A DNA stretch of 64,000 nt from Bdellovibrionota bacterium FG-1 (GTDB lineage: Bacteria > Bdellovibrionota > UBA1018), in assembly GCA_051382295.1 (NCBI GenBank), contig JBBCAW010000004.1, forward strand, positions 64,001 to 128,000. Direction: 5' to 3'. This document shows, in pieces, positions 1 through 9,488 of the stretch. Below the pieces are notes generated by a model. The model was not told the DNA's origin, ran no database searches, and saw only the letters and a program-made list of their open reading frames with translations. The stretch's first letter is position 1, and each line of letters begins with the position of its first letter. Made by a program: the position numbers and the translations under genes.

Positions 1-81
1 CGTGATATGGAAAAAACTCCCGCCCGAATGGAAGAAGCGCGCGATAAGTTTCGGGCATTGATCAAGACTTGGTACGCCTAA
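1..81 (+). CDS. 3' end of a CDS running in from the left edge (RDMEKTPARMEEARDKFRALIKTWYA*)
   Basis: Frame open from base 1 to TAA at 79-81; converges on and overlaps the 62..481 gene by 20 nt. Confidence 0.45.
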   Translation, partial: RDMEKTPARMEEARDKFRALIKTWYA

Positions 82-481
82 TTTTGCCGGATTCGAGATC
101 TTTGCACATGCGCTCCCACCGCTCACGATGGGTGAGGTAACTGGCATTGAGCGTTTGATAGCGAAACTGATAGGCGGGGGTCGGTTTAGGCAGACCCTGG
201 ATCGATACCATCAACTCATCGAGATGCTTACGCCGTTCGATGGGCGGCCGAGACTCGACCCCTGCTACATATTGATTATATAATCCATTGACCTGCTCAA
301 TCAGAGGTTCGGCACGCTTGATCAACTCAATCAGCTTATCTGTGGAACCACCCGTGCCTTCATACGAAAACTTTTTCGAAGCTTCTTGTTCCTTTTTATC
401 CTCGTCTTGATCAGCATCCTCGCGTTCACGTCGTCGAAGTCGCTCATTAAAACTTAAGTCACGTTTCGAATCGCTGCCCAT
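62..481 (-). CDS. Hypothetical protein resembling the MXAN_5187 C-terminal domain
   Basis: 139 aa; LYNQYVAGVESRPP and FRYQTLNASYLTHRERWER segments; directly downstream of radA. Confidence 0.6.
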   Translation of the reverse strand: MGSDSKRDLSFNERLRRREREDADQDEDKKEQEASKKFSYEGTGGSTDKLIELIKRAEPLIEQVNGLYNQYVAGVESRPPIERRKHLDELMVSIQGLPKPTPAYQFRYQTLNASYLTHRERWERMCKDLESGKIRRTKS

Positions 482-516
482 ATCCTTAAAGATAGCACTT
501 TCGAAAAATAAAAAAG

Positions 517-1932
517 TTAAGACTTAACAATTTCGGGAATTTCATCGACCCTGGAAATTGGACACAAGCGAATACCAGACAGCTTTGCCACACGGTCCAT
601 AGAACTTCTCGGAACTACAAGTGTTTTAAATCCTAACTTCTTGCTCTCCGCCATTCGCTCTTCGAGTTGAGCCACCCGCCGCACCTCACCGGTTAGGCCT
701 AGCTCACCAATAAACGCCCAGCCCGAAGGAATAGCCTTTTCTTCATAGCTCGACCAAATAGCGGCGGCAGCAGCCAAGTCACAGGCAGGCTCATTGATTT
801 TGAGACCTCCGGCCACGTTGAAAAACAGATCTTGCTCCGCCAACCCGAGCCGCATGTGTTTCTCAAGAATTGCAGCCAGCAACGAAATTCGTGTCGCCTC
901 GATTCCTACGGAGGTTCGCCTGGGCATCGCAAGAGTCGTGGGAGTCACCAAAGCCTGAAGCTCAATCAAAAGTGGCCTTGAACCTTCAAGTGACACTCCT
1001 ACCGCGACTCCAGCAACAGGTTCAGTCCGCTCGCCTAAAAACAGAGACGATGGATTCGCGACCTCGCGAAGGCCTTCGCCTTCCATTTCAAAGACCCCCA
1101 GCTCCCGGGTGCTACCGAAACGGTTTTTGACGGTTCTCAATAGGCGATAAGTGGCTCCCGCTTCGGCCTCAAAATAGAGTACCGTATCAACCATGTGCTC
1201 CACAGCCTTAGGACCCGCAATATTTCCTTCTTTAGTGACATGGCCAACGAGCCATACCGAAATCCCAGCCGACTTCGCCAAAGCCATCAGCTTCACTGCG
1301 ACCTCACGAACCTGACTGACGCTTCCCGGCGCGGATTCGAGACTTCCGCTTGAGAAAGTTTGCAGCGAGTCCATGATCACCACTTGAGGTTTTAATTCCT
1401 TAATGGTCGCGAAGACCTGCTCAAGCTGGGTTTCAGTGGCCAGAAAAATACGACCTTTTCCTGCAACGCCTAACCGATGGGCCCGCCCCCGAATCTGGTC
1501 AATGGACTCTTCACCGCTGACATAAAGAATTTTAAGTTCTGGATTTTTTTGGTGGAGTCCTCGGGCCATCTGGAGCAGGAGCGTACTTTTTCCTATTCCC
1601 GGATCCCCTCCCACCAAAACAAAACTATCCGGAATGAGCCCGCCTCCCAGAACCCGATCCAACTCGCCCATACCGGTATTGAGCCGTTTCTGGGCAACTA
1701 AACCGCTCCCAGTAGAAGGCTCACCTGACTCGTCATCCTCCGGATCCAGCGGAACCCAGTCTCGCGCACTCCGTGGAATCCCGATGGCCTCGCGCGTGGA
1801 TCGAAATTCAGACTGGGGCTTTTCCTCGATAAAAGTATTCCACGCCTCGCAACCAGGACACCGTCCTAACCACTTAGTTGTATTATATCCGCAGGTTTGG
1901 CAGCTATAGTGAGTTTTTACTTTGGCACTCAT
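517..1932 (-). CDS. radA: DNA repair protein RadA/Sms
   Basis: N-terminal C4 zinc finger (CQTC...CPGC), Walker A GDPGIGKS, KNRFG motif, Lon-like C-terminal domain (GELGLTGEVR). Confidence 0.97.
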   Translation of the reverse strand: MSAKVKTHYSCQTCGYNTTKWLGRCPGCEAWNTFIEEKPQSEFRSTREAIGIPRSARDWVPLDPEDDESGEPSTGSGLVAQKRLNTGMGELDRVLGGGLIPDSFVLVGGDPGIGKSTLLLQMARGLHQKNPELKILYVSGEESIDQIRGRAHRLGVAGKGRIFLATETQLEQVFATIKELKPQVVIMDSLQTFSSGSLESAPGSVSQVREVAVKLMALAKSAGISVWLVGHVTKEGNIAGPKAVEHMVDTVLYFEAEAGATYRLLRTVKNRFGSTRELGVFEMEGEGLREVANPSSLFLGERTEPVAGVAVGVSLEGSRPLLIELQALVTPTTLAMPRRTSVGIEATRISLLAAILEKHMRLGLAEQDLFFNVAGGLKINEPACDLAAAAAIWSSYEEKAIPSGWAFIGELGLTGEVRRVAQLEERMAESKKLGFKTLVVPRSSMDRVAKLSGIRLCPISRVDEIPEIVKS

Positions 1933-3413
1933 GGTTTTAATACAACTCGTTTAATAGCCGAGTACCAACGCGCCATCGTTTCTTGACGGCCTTTATCATC
2001 TAGTTTTGGATCAAACACTCTCTCCTCTTTCCAGGTTTTTTCGATATCCGTCAATTCAGTCCAGATTCCGGCCCCTAGACCCGCGGCAAAAACCGCTCCG
2101 AGACTTGTGGTTTCAAGGAGCTTGGGCCGCCGCAGCCTCGTTCCAAGAATATCGGCCTGAAACTGCATCAACAAATTATTAGCAGAAGCGCCCCCATCGA
2201 CATTCAGACTTGAAAGTGGATTGCCAGAATCCTTTTGCATCGAGGTGAGAATCTCCGCGTTCTGAAAGGCCATGCCCTCAAGCACAGCCCGTGCCATATG
2301 TGCGCGTGTCGTACCCCGAGTCAGTCCTGTAAACATTCCCGTCGCACCCGGATCCCAATAAGGCGCCCCAAGTCCGGTCAAAGCCGGCACAAACACCACA
2401 CCATCGGTTGAAGGCACTGAAGCCGCAAGAGCCTCGATTTCAGAAGAATCTTGAATGAATTTGAGCCCATCTCGAACCCATTGAACAGCCGCACCCGCGA
2501 TAAAAGCACTCCCTTCCAGCGCGTAGGTGAATGAACCGTCCGCCAACGCCCACGCGATAGTGGTCAACATACGATGCCGACTTTTACATGGCTTGCGGCC
2601 GGTATTTAGAAGCATAAAAGCGCCGGTTCCAAAAGTGCACTTAGCGGTTCCCTCACGGATGCAAGCCTGCCCCATCAGGGCCGATTGTTGATCGCCCAAC
2701 ACGCCGGTGATCGGAATTCCATCTGGAAGCCCCGGAAAGTCACGGGTCAGCGCAAAAGTACCGGTCGAAGGGTGCACTTCAGGCCAAATATCCATCGGCA
2801 CCCCAAGTGCCTCACAAAGCGTGGAATCCCAGCGGTGCTCGGTCAGATGATAGGCTAGCGTGCGGGACGCATTGCTTGGCTCGGTAATATGAACCGCACC
2901 GCCAGAAAGTTGGTAAATTAAATAACTATCAATCGTTCCAACGGCGAGCCGGCCCTCTCGATGCGCTCGCTTAACTACATCCCAATTATTGAGTGCCCAA
3001 GCTACCTTAGTACCCGAGAAATAGGGGTCCAAAAGAAGTCCGGTATGATCTTGAAATGTTGCTTCTAAGCCTCTTGTCTTTAATTCCTGACAAAAGTCAG
3101 CCGTCCTGCGATCCTGCCAGACAATGGCTCGTGCCACCGGCTCCCCAGTATGCCGGTCCCAAAAGCAAACAGTTTCGCGCTGATTGGTAATCCCGATGGC
3201 AGCAATCCGTTTCACTTGGATGTGCTGGGTAACCTCACGAACGGTCTGGACGACTGTTGAATGAATGTCATCGAGATCATGTTCAACCCATCCTGGCTTT
3301 GGAAAGTGTTGTTCAAAATCGACGCTCGCCTCGGCGACTCGATTCAAGTCCGTATCCATCAGCAGTGCGGTTGTTCCAGTCGTTCCTTGATCGATCGCCA
3401 AAATATAGTCCAT
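1929..3413 (-). CDS. glpK: Glycerol kinase
   Basis: DQGTTGT, GITNQRET, WQDRRT, DPYFSGTK, GDQQ, GLGAPYW motifs; 4-nt overlap with radA. Confidence 0.97.
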   Translation of the reverse strand: MDYILAIDQGTTGTTALLMDTDLNRVAEASVDFEQHFPKPGWVEHDLDDIHSTVVQTVREVTQHIQVKRIAAIGITNQRETVCFWDRHTGEPVARAIVWQDRRTADFCQELKTRGLEATFQDHTGLLLDPYFSGTKVAWALNNWDVVKRAHREGRLAVGTIDSYLIYQLSGGAVHITEPSNASRTLAYHLTEHRWDSTLCEALGVPMDIWPEVHPSTGTFALTRDFPGLPDGIPITGVLGDQQSALMGQACIREGTAKCTFGTGAFMLLNTGRKPCKSRHRMLTTIAWALADGSFTYALEGSAFIAGAAVQWVRDGLKFIQDSSEIEALAASVPSTDGVVFVPALTGLGAPYWDPGATGMFTGLTRGTTRAHMARAVLEGMAFQNAEILTSMQKDSGNPLSSLNVDGGASANNLLMQFQADILGTRLRRPKLLETTSLGAVFAAGLGAGIWTELTDIEKTWKEERVFDPKLDDKGRQETMARWYSAIKRVVLKP

Positions 3414-3484
3414 TTGAGGACCCCCTTGCTTTGGGCAAAAAATACCGTCTTGGCCTCAGCCAATCAATCTTTTACTCTCTTCTA

Positions 3485-4189
3485 ATGAACCTATTCTTGC
3501 GATTCCTCTTTGAAACTTTAAAAAGATATTTCCGCGTTGACGTTTACGGCCTCGAAAACATCCCCAAACGAGGGAAAGCCCTTATTGCGCCGAATCATTC
3601 GGGCTGCAGCGGAGTTGACGCGCTCATGCTTGGCTATCTATTGCATGACATGACACCTCGAATGCCGAGGATTTTGACGCTCTGGAGCGTTTTCAGGCGA
3701 ATCCCGATCTTAGTGCCCACCGCCGAAGGCCTGGGGCTCAAAGCCGCCTCCGTTGAAAACGGCATTCACCTTTTGCGCAAAAATAATTTAGTGGTTTGCT
3801 TTCCAGAAGGGGAAGCCGGCAGCCTCAAGCCAACAGGCGAACGCTATCACCTTCAACCGTTCAAAACCGGGTTCATAAGAATGGCCCTGACCACCGGCTC
3901 TCCGATCATTCCTTGCATCATCATCGGCGCCGAAGAAGCCAATATTAATCTAGCCACGGTCGAGCTAGGCCGCAAGAAATATCGGATTCCACTTCCGCTC
4001 AATATGCTTCCGCTGCCAGCTAAATGGGACGTTCGATTCTTACCGCCTATCGATCTCAACACTTACCGTCACTGCGTGGACGACAAGGAAAAATTGCGTG
4101 AAATCGCCGACCAAATTCAGCTCCAAATGCAGAAATCCTTGAACGCTGAGCTCGAACGTCGTGATTATGTGTATCTAAAACACGCATAG
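3485..4189 (+). CDS. Lysophospholipid acyltransferase (PlsC-like) family protein
   Basis: NHxxxxxxD (NHSGCSGVD) and FPEG motifs; start set at ATG 3485 because the longer ORF overlaps the divergent glpK. Confidence 0.85.
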   Translation: MNLFLRFLFETLKRYFRVDVYGLENIPKRGKALIAPNHSGCSGVDALMLGYLLHDMTPRMPRILTLWSVFRRIPILVPTAEGLGLKAASVENGIHLLRKNNLVVCFPEGEAGSLKPTGERYHLQPFKTGFIRMALTTGSPIIPCIIIGAEEANINLATVELGRKKYRIPLPLNMLPLPAKWDVRFLPPIDLNTYRHCVDDKEKLREIADQIQLQMQKSLNAELERRDYVYLKHA

Positions 4190-4246
4190 CCTTTTTTCAT
4201 CTGGAATACTTAGTGCAACCTCCGCCGGTATACCCCGGAGGTGCTC

Positions 4247-4663
4247 ATGAAATCGATTAACCTATTATTTTTCGTCTTGACGCTGAGTGCGGCAATAGGC
4301 GCTGCAGGTTGCGGAGATTCGAACAACCTTACGACCCGTCCCAATCCTGACACAACTGCCCGCGGTGGCGCCGCAGGCCAGGCGGGTAGCATGGTTCATA
4401 TTCCAGTCAATGCGGCGGGTATGGGACCAGCCGCCTTTGGTCCTAATCCGTTGGTGGTTCCTCCTGGCACCCTAGTGACCTGGACTAACGATGATCCCAA
4501 CACCCACACGGTCACTTCGGATTCAGGCCTTTGGGACTCAGGGCCGCTTGAAGAAGGGGATGCGTTTTCCTACACGTTTACAAGTCCTGGGGTATTTCCA
4601 TACCATTGCTCTATTCATGGTTCACAGAGCATGTCGGGATCCGTGCAGGTTACTTCTCCCTGA
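4247..4663 (+). CDS. Cupredoxin (plastocyanin/azurin-like) lipoprotein
   Basis: GGAGG before ATG 4247; lipobox AAGC; type-1 Cu ligands HTVT...YHCSIH...MSG. Confidence 0.85.
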   Translation: MKSINLLFFVLTLSAAIGAAGCGDSNNLTTRPNPDTTARGGAAGQAGSMVHIPVNAAGMGPAAFGPNPLVVPPGTLVTWTNDDPNTHTVTSDSGLWDSGPLEEGDAFSYTFTSPGVFPYHCSIHGSQSMSGSVQVTSP

Positions 4664-7067
4664 GATCTAAAATGCGCGGAAGCTTTCCGGTGCGTGCAAC
4701 ACGCGGGAGCCCCCCAGGCGTGATGGATTGAAGTGCGACTCGCTCTTCGACATATGAAACTGAATGAGTCGCGTGCACGTCTTTTGAAAGTCGATGCAAT
4801 TGAAGAGCGAAGCAGTGCCCAAGACTTTTATAGTCCCGTCGGTCAGTCTCAATAAACACGGTCATTTGCTCTAAAACCACGCCGTCCCGCATTATTTCTC
4901 GGATGCTCATTTGAAAAGTAGCTTCGTCGATCCCTGCTTGGAGAAGTGCGGCTTCGACCTCCACTAGTAAAACCCGGCAGGACCAAACATTCATCTGACC
5001 GTCGCATCGTCCATGCAAAACGAACTTCGGTTCTTTGCTCCCACACAAGCAGCCCCGCTGGGGTTCGCCCCAACTCACCTGGTCCCCAGTTTTTAGGCGA
5101 ACCACTGGCATATTTTGCCGAACCAGCGAGGTGACCACAGCCTCATCCTCTATGATTTCGAGATCAACGAAGTCAGAAAATAGATGATGCTCCCCCGGTC
5201 CACAGTACCCGCACTGATATCCGATCGGCCCCGCATCTACGGATGCATATCCCGCCGATCCAAAACGCCGGGTCTTCCAATTGTTTTCAAATTGTCTTCT
5301 CGCTTGGACATTCAAATGTTCCCCCGCGTAACAAAGCTGAGAAATCTCGATATTTAGGCCAAGTTCCAATCCACGGTTTAATAATGAAATCAAAAGAGAG
5401 GGTAATCCCACGATAACATCTGGCCTAAAATCGACGAGATATTTCAAAATAAGGTCAGGGTCGGCATTTCCCCCAATGGGCAAAATCTGGGCCTGGCAAT
5501 GAACCAACGCACGATCTACGGCCAAAAAAGAAGACCATAAATTTCCGGCGACAAAAAGATTGGCACATAAAGTCCCCTTGCCAATACCTTGCGCACTCAA
5601 CCCTCGCGAAAGCATTTTTGCGACTGCATCGAACTCGCCATAGGAATAATAGGCAAATTTGGGCTGACCACTGGTGCCACCGGACGAAAAAACATAACCG
5701 GGCTCCAGGTCCTTTTTGAGCGATAACCTCGATGAAATGTGATCGCTTGCGGTCTGAACGCCCCGATTTTCATCAGGGATCATCCTCGTCAACTCGACCC
5801 AGCTATAACGACCATCATGAGGCGATCCTTCCATCCCCGTCATCATCTGACCGATTGGCGCAAAACGACTCAATCCCCACGCTGCCCCCTCAATCAACAG
5901 AGCCTCATGGTCGCCATCGGCTGCTAAATACCCACAAGTTTGCAGAAACGCCGAATACGGTGAAATCTGACGGCCTAAATCCTCGATCGTCTTGAACCTC
6001 TTGATAATCAAAGTGCGATTCAACGGCGAAGCGCGCAAACCCGGCGTTGGATCGAAACTCAGGAGCCAATCTTGACCTTCGAAAACCGCGCCACCTTCCA
6101 GGAGTTCATTATAAACCGCCCGCGACCGTTCTTTGAGTATCTCCACATGCTCATCGTCCGAGAGCGTGCCCCGTTCCCACTGTGCCTGACTCAATCCATT
6201 TCCAACCGCTTCCATAAGCGCCTTTAAATCAATGCCATCTTGGATGAAAAGAGTTTGGGGGGAAGAACAGGCTGATTGATCCCAAAGGCTGACATCCGTA
6301 GCGATTTTCTCGGCCAAGTCCGTCAAACCATGGCCTTTCTTGATCTCCCCCTCAAACGCATTTTTGAAGATCGCCTGAAAAGAAATTTTTGGCCCATGCT
6401 CAATCAAGACCGTTCCGGCTCCCAAGTTGCGTCGATAAGATGCGATCATCTCCTGACCACCCCAAGCGATGATCGCATTCACGCGCGACTTGAAAACGTC
6501 CTCAACCTCGGACTTGCCGCCCGGCCAATAAACAAGGGAAAATTTGTCCGCGATCACACTGTAGGGATCGGCTTCGATGATTGACTGGGCGAAAAGCACC
6601 GGAAACCGTTGGTTTTTTCCACTGAGTTTCATAATTGAAACGTTCTTGGTCACAAAACCATTCAGAAGAGAGTCAATGCATCCGATGAAAACATTCCCCG
6701 CCGCCACATGAAGCACGGTTCCGTAAGGAGCGGCGTGTACCCTGCCCGCATAACCTTGCCTGGGGATGAACCGATCCAGAATCTCGGCGTCTCCAAATTC
6801 GATTGCGAGGCGCTTTGTGATTGCCGTTCTATTACAAAGAACTGGGATCACTCGTAAGGTTTGTTCAATCATCGCTTTGCTAAAGGCAATTTCATCCGAT
6901 AACTCTTCGAGGGCACGACGAAAGTATTCTCCTTCGGACTGCCACAGCCGACCAACGCGATCAATGACAGCGAGAATTTCCGAGAGAGGCGTGCGCGCGA
7001 TGAGGGCTCTTTTTCCCTCAGCGTCCTCCAAGAGTTTCATGGCTTCCTCAGCAGTGTTTAACAGCAT
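4650..7067 (-). CDS. LuxC-family acyl-CoA reductase fused to a PaaK/F390-synthetase-like adenylate-forming domain
   Basis: N-half: HVAAGNV, AWGG, HGPKISF, DQSACSSPQ (catalytic Cys), HDG; C-half: SSGGTSGQPK, GYASVDAG, LKTGD, GRCD. Confidence 0.85.
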   Translation of the reverse strand: MLLNTAEEAMKLLEDAEGKRALIARTPLSEILAVIDRVGRLWQSEGEYFRRALEELSDEIAFSKAMIEQTLRVIPVLCNRTAITKRLAIEFGDAEILDRFIPRQGYAGRVHAAPYGTVLHVAAGNVFIGCIDSLLNGFVTKNVSIMKLSGKNQRFPVLFAQSIIEADPYSVIADKFSLVYWPGGKSEVEDVFKSRVNAIIAWGGQEMIASYRRNLGAGTVLIEHGPKISFQAIFKNAFEGEIKKGHGLTDLAEKIATDVSLWDQSACSSPQTLFIQDGIDLKALMEAVGNGLSQAQWERGTLSDDEHVEILKERSRAVYNELLEGGAVFEGQDWLLSFDPTPGLRASPLNRTLIIKRFKTIEDLGRQISPYSAFLQTCGYLAADGDHEALLIEGAAWGLSRFAPIGQMMTGMEGSPHDGRYSWVELTRMIPDENRGVQTASDHISSRLSLKKDLEPGYVFSSGGTSGQPKFAYYSYGEFDAVAKMLSRGLSAQGIGKGTLCANLFVAGNLWSSFLAVDRALVHCQAQILPIGGNADPDLILKYLVDFRPDVIVGLPSLLISLLNRGLELGLNIEISQLCYAGEHLNVQARRQFENNWKTRRFGSAGYASVDAGPIGYQCGYCGPGEHHLFSDFVDLEIIEDEAVVTSLVRQNMPVVRLKTGDQVSWGEPQRGCLCGSKEPKFVLHGRCDGQMNVWSCRVLLVEVEAALLQAGIDEATFQMSIREIMRDGVVLEQMTVFIETDRRDYKSLGHCFALQLHRLSKDVHATHSVSYVEERVALQSITPGGLPRVARTGKLPRILDLREK

Positions 7068-7071
7068 GATC

Positions 7072-8175
7072 TTACCTCAGTTTCTCTAGAGCCGTGATGG
7101 CGCAACCCTTGTGCTTTGAAATCCCCGCACGCCCCAGAATTTCTAGGGTTGGGCCCCCTCTTGAACAAGAGCACTGCCCCAAACGCCCCCAATCGGTAGT
7201 CAAAAGTGAAATCGATGGATAGCTATCCAAGTAAGAGCAAAGAAAATGAATCAACCCCCTTTGCCCAGACTCAAGAGGTAAAAGAGTTTGGGGATCACGA
7301 ATCAAGACCCGAGCATAGTTGGGAATATGGAGTTGGCCCAGCTCGCAATCCACGTAGGGAATTCCGTGTTCCACCATTCCAAACATATCGCGAATATTTT
7401 CAACTGGAATCCCAAGCCGCCCTGACACAAGTTTTCTAAAATCGGCTTTGGGTATTTGCTCATCGGCAAATGTTTTCCAGCCCCCTCCCGTCTGAACCCA
7501 CGACTTCGCGCCTAGGTTAAGCTGAAGATCAAAATCCTTAAGAATCTTGGCCAAAAAAGCGGGAAATCCGAGGATTCGAACGGGCCGTTGATCCCGCTCG
7601 AATTCGCGAAGGACCTGGACGACTCCCTCGGCATTGAACACAAAGTCCGACTTACTTTCGCTCCATTGGAGCGCATAATAGATCCGATGAACGCCGGTAA
7701 AACTGGTCAAAAGCTCATCGGTGAAAGCGGTTCCTAGATCCTTAGCTACTCGTGGGTCATACGTGAAACAGAGATAGTTGGTCTGCTTCGGGGTGGTCAT
7801 CCCTAAAGACTCATGGATTTTATAGGCTAGCTTTTTAACACGATCCAGCGACCGTTGACTCAATAAAATCTGGCTTTTCTGGCCTCCCGTTCCCGAACTG
7901 GTTAAAGTCAAAACCACCTGATCCCTAGGGATGGAGAGGAGTTCGTGCTCTTTGAATAAATTCACTAAGATGGGAGGAACCTTAATTAGATCCTCTTCCA
8001 CTTGAATATCGTCAGGACGAAGAGAGTGCCGTTGCCAAAGCTTCCTAAAATATTCGTTCCCTTGATAGTGAGCTAAGGCTGCTTCCCGGAAGCTCTCTAA
8101 AAAAAGTTTGCTGTTTTCTGGCGTATTTGCGAAGGGATCCGTTTCAAAAAGACGATCAACCGCACTCGCGCTCAT
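7072..8175 (-). CDS. luxE: LuxE-family acyl-protein synthetase
   Basis: TSSGTGG, GFP, TGGGWK, DMFGMVEH, SLLTTD, ILGRAG and C-terminal KGC. Confidence 0.85.
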   Translation of the reverse strand: MSASAVDRLFETDPFANTPENSKLFLESFREAALAHYQGNEYFRKLWQRHSLRPDDIQVEEDLIKVPPILVNLFKEHELLSIPRDQVVLTLTSSGTGGQKSQILLSQRSLDRVKKLAYKIHESLGMTTPKQTNYLCFTYDPRVAKDLGTAFTDELLTSFTGVHRIYYALQWSESKSDFVFNAEGVVQVLREFERDQRPVRILGFPAFLAKILKDFDLQLNLGAKSWVQTGGGWKTFADEQIPKADFRKLVSGRLGIPVENIRDMFGMVEHGIPYVDCELGQLHIPNYARVLIRDPQTLLPLESGQRGLIHFLCSYLDSYPSISLLTTDWGRLGQCSCSRGGPTLEILGRAGISKHKGCAITALEKLR

Positions 8176-9335
8176 TCAGTCTCCTCCTGATTGACGGAAT
8201 CCAGAATCCTTTCCTTCCACTTTTCAAAATAGTGGAGAAGGTATTTTTTATTGACCCCCGCAAGCTCGATCCCGGAAAAATCCAGAATTTCGAAGGTTTT
8301 GCTGAAAACGCTGTAGTCATATCGATATTGACCTTGCACCTGAAAGGCCGGAAAATAGGCCGACGGGATAAAACCTGCGTTAATAATATGATCGACCGTT
8401 TCAAGTTGGTCCGCACGCACGATGGTTTCGATATAGCGAACCCCCCGGTCCCTGAGTAGCGTTGAGACGGTCTCGAGCAGGTTTTTTCCATCCAGATCAA
8501 TGGGTTTTCGAATGCCAACGATCGTGCAATATTTATCGAGCGGAGACAGATAAAGAAAGACCTGCACCTCATCGTCTGGTGAACTCATCATCACGTTAGG
8601 TTCGTGAAAAGGGTAAAAAGAAAAAGGGAGCTGTCCGGAATCCCTCAACTTTCGAAAGCGATGAATCGTATATTTTGGCGCATCCAAAATTTCTAAAAGA
8701 ACCTGAGGCGAAGTTTTTTTAGGGGGAGCTGTTTGAATTTGCTGAGGGGTTGCAATACTCAGAGCGGGAAGACAGCACTCGAGCTGGACAATCTGATACA
8801 AATCCACCAATTGCGGGTGAAGGGGGAACTCGGTATAGCGCCTCTGGAGGGAGCTCCCGCTGAAAAGGGCCACCAGACAATGGGTCTCGTAGGTGTCCGT
8901 CCGATGAACATTAGGGAAAATCCCGAGCTTACGGTATCCCAGTTTTTCGGTGACGATTTGCGGCGCCTTGGTCGCGGTTCGCGTGGTAGCGTAGATGACC
9001 TCGACCCCGGTTTCTGAGTTCCGTGTCAGTGCCTGCAAACCAAAGGTCATCGATTTTTCTAACAGGCTGGCTCCCCGATGTTCTGGCAATACGACGCCAC
9101 CAAAGGTCTTGGCCAATCGATTGACTGAATCGACCTCGTAAACGACCGAACAGACGATCTCGGCGGATTTCTCCGCAATCACCCAAACTGAGGAAGGGTT
9201 AGACAAAAACCCACGCAGCAGATTCACATCGCGCATCAAAGAATCGGGATACTCGCCCTTGTATACCTTATGATAAAGAAGCGAGATTTCCAGCGCATCT
9301 GAGGGCTGCGCGAGCCGGATTTGGTAGTCAGTCAT
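8172..9335 (-). CDS. GNAT-family N-acyltransferase, probably two GNAT-like domains
   Basis: N-terminal IRLAQPSD, VVLPEHRGASL acyl-CoA-binding segment, EKLGY; 4-nt overlap with luxE. Confidence 0.75.
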   Translation of the reverse strand: MTDYQIRLAQPSDALEISLLYHKVYKGEYPDSLMRDVNLLRGFLSNPSSVWVIAEKSAEIVCSVVYEVDSVNRLAKTFGGVVLPEHRGASLLEKSMTFGLQALTRNSETGVEVIYATTRTATKAPQIVTEKLGYRKLGIFPNVHRTDTYETHCLVALFSGSSLQRRYTEFPLHPQLVDLYQIVQLECCLPALSIATPQQIQTAPPKKTSPQVLLEILDAPKYTIHRFRKLRDSGQLPFSFYPFHEPNVMMSSPDDEVQVFLYLSPLDKYCTIVGIRKPIDLDGKNLLETVSTLLRDRGVRYIETIVRADQLETVDHIINAGFIPSAYFPAFQVQGQYRYDYSVFSKTFEILDFSGIELAGVNKKYLLHYFEKWKERILDSVNQEETE

Positions 9336-9488
9336 TGTTTCACCCTTGCTCTCAATATAGGGGAAACTCTATTTTTTAACTACGTCAATGAATTGACAAA
9401 GAAATCCGTTTTATCTTCGCTTAGTGCCAAGAGCGCGGCGAATTTTGCCTATTTTGTCCAGACGACAAATCACCGATAAGTCCTTGGG

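Noticed and set aside
4650..8175. Bioluminescence (lux) operon
   Set aside because: No luciferase (luxAB), luxD or luxG in the window
9384..9397. GTCAA-TGAA-TTGAC palindrome upstream of the GNAT-lux operon
   Set aside because: Only 5-bp arms, half-site order opposite to FNR/CRP boxes; could be back-to-back -35-like hexamers
9453..9480. Sigma-28-like -10 (ACCGATAA) before the MCP-like gene; similar GCCGAT/GCCGAC motifs near 29734 and 34373
   Set aside because: Matching -35 elements are weak or mis-spaced; not distinguishable from chance by eye
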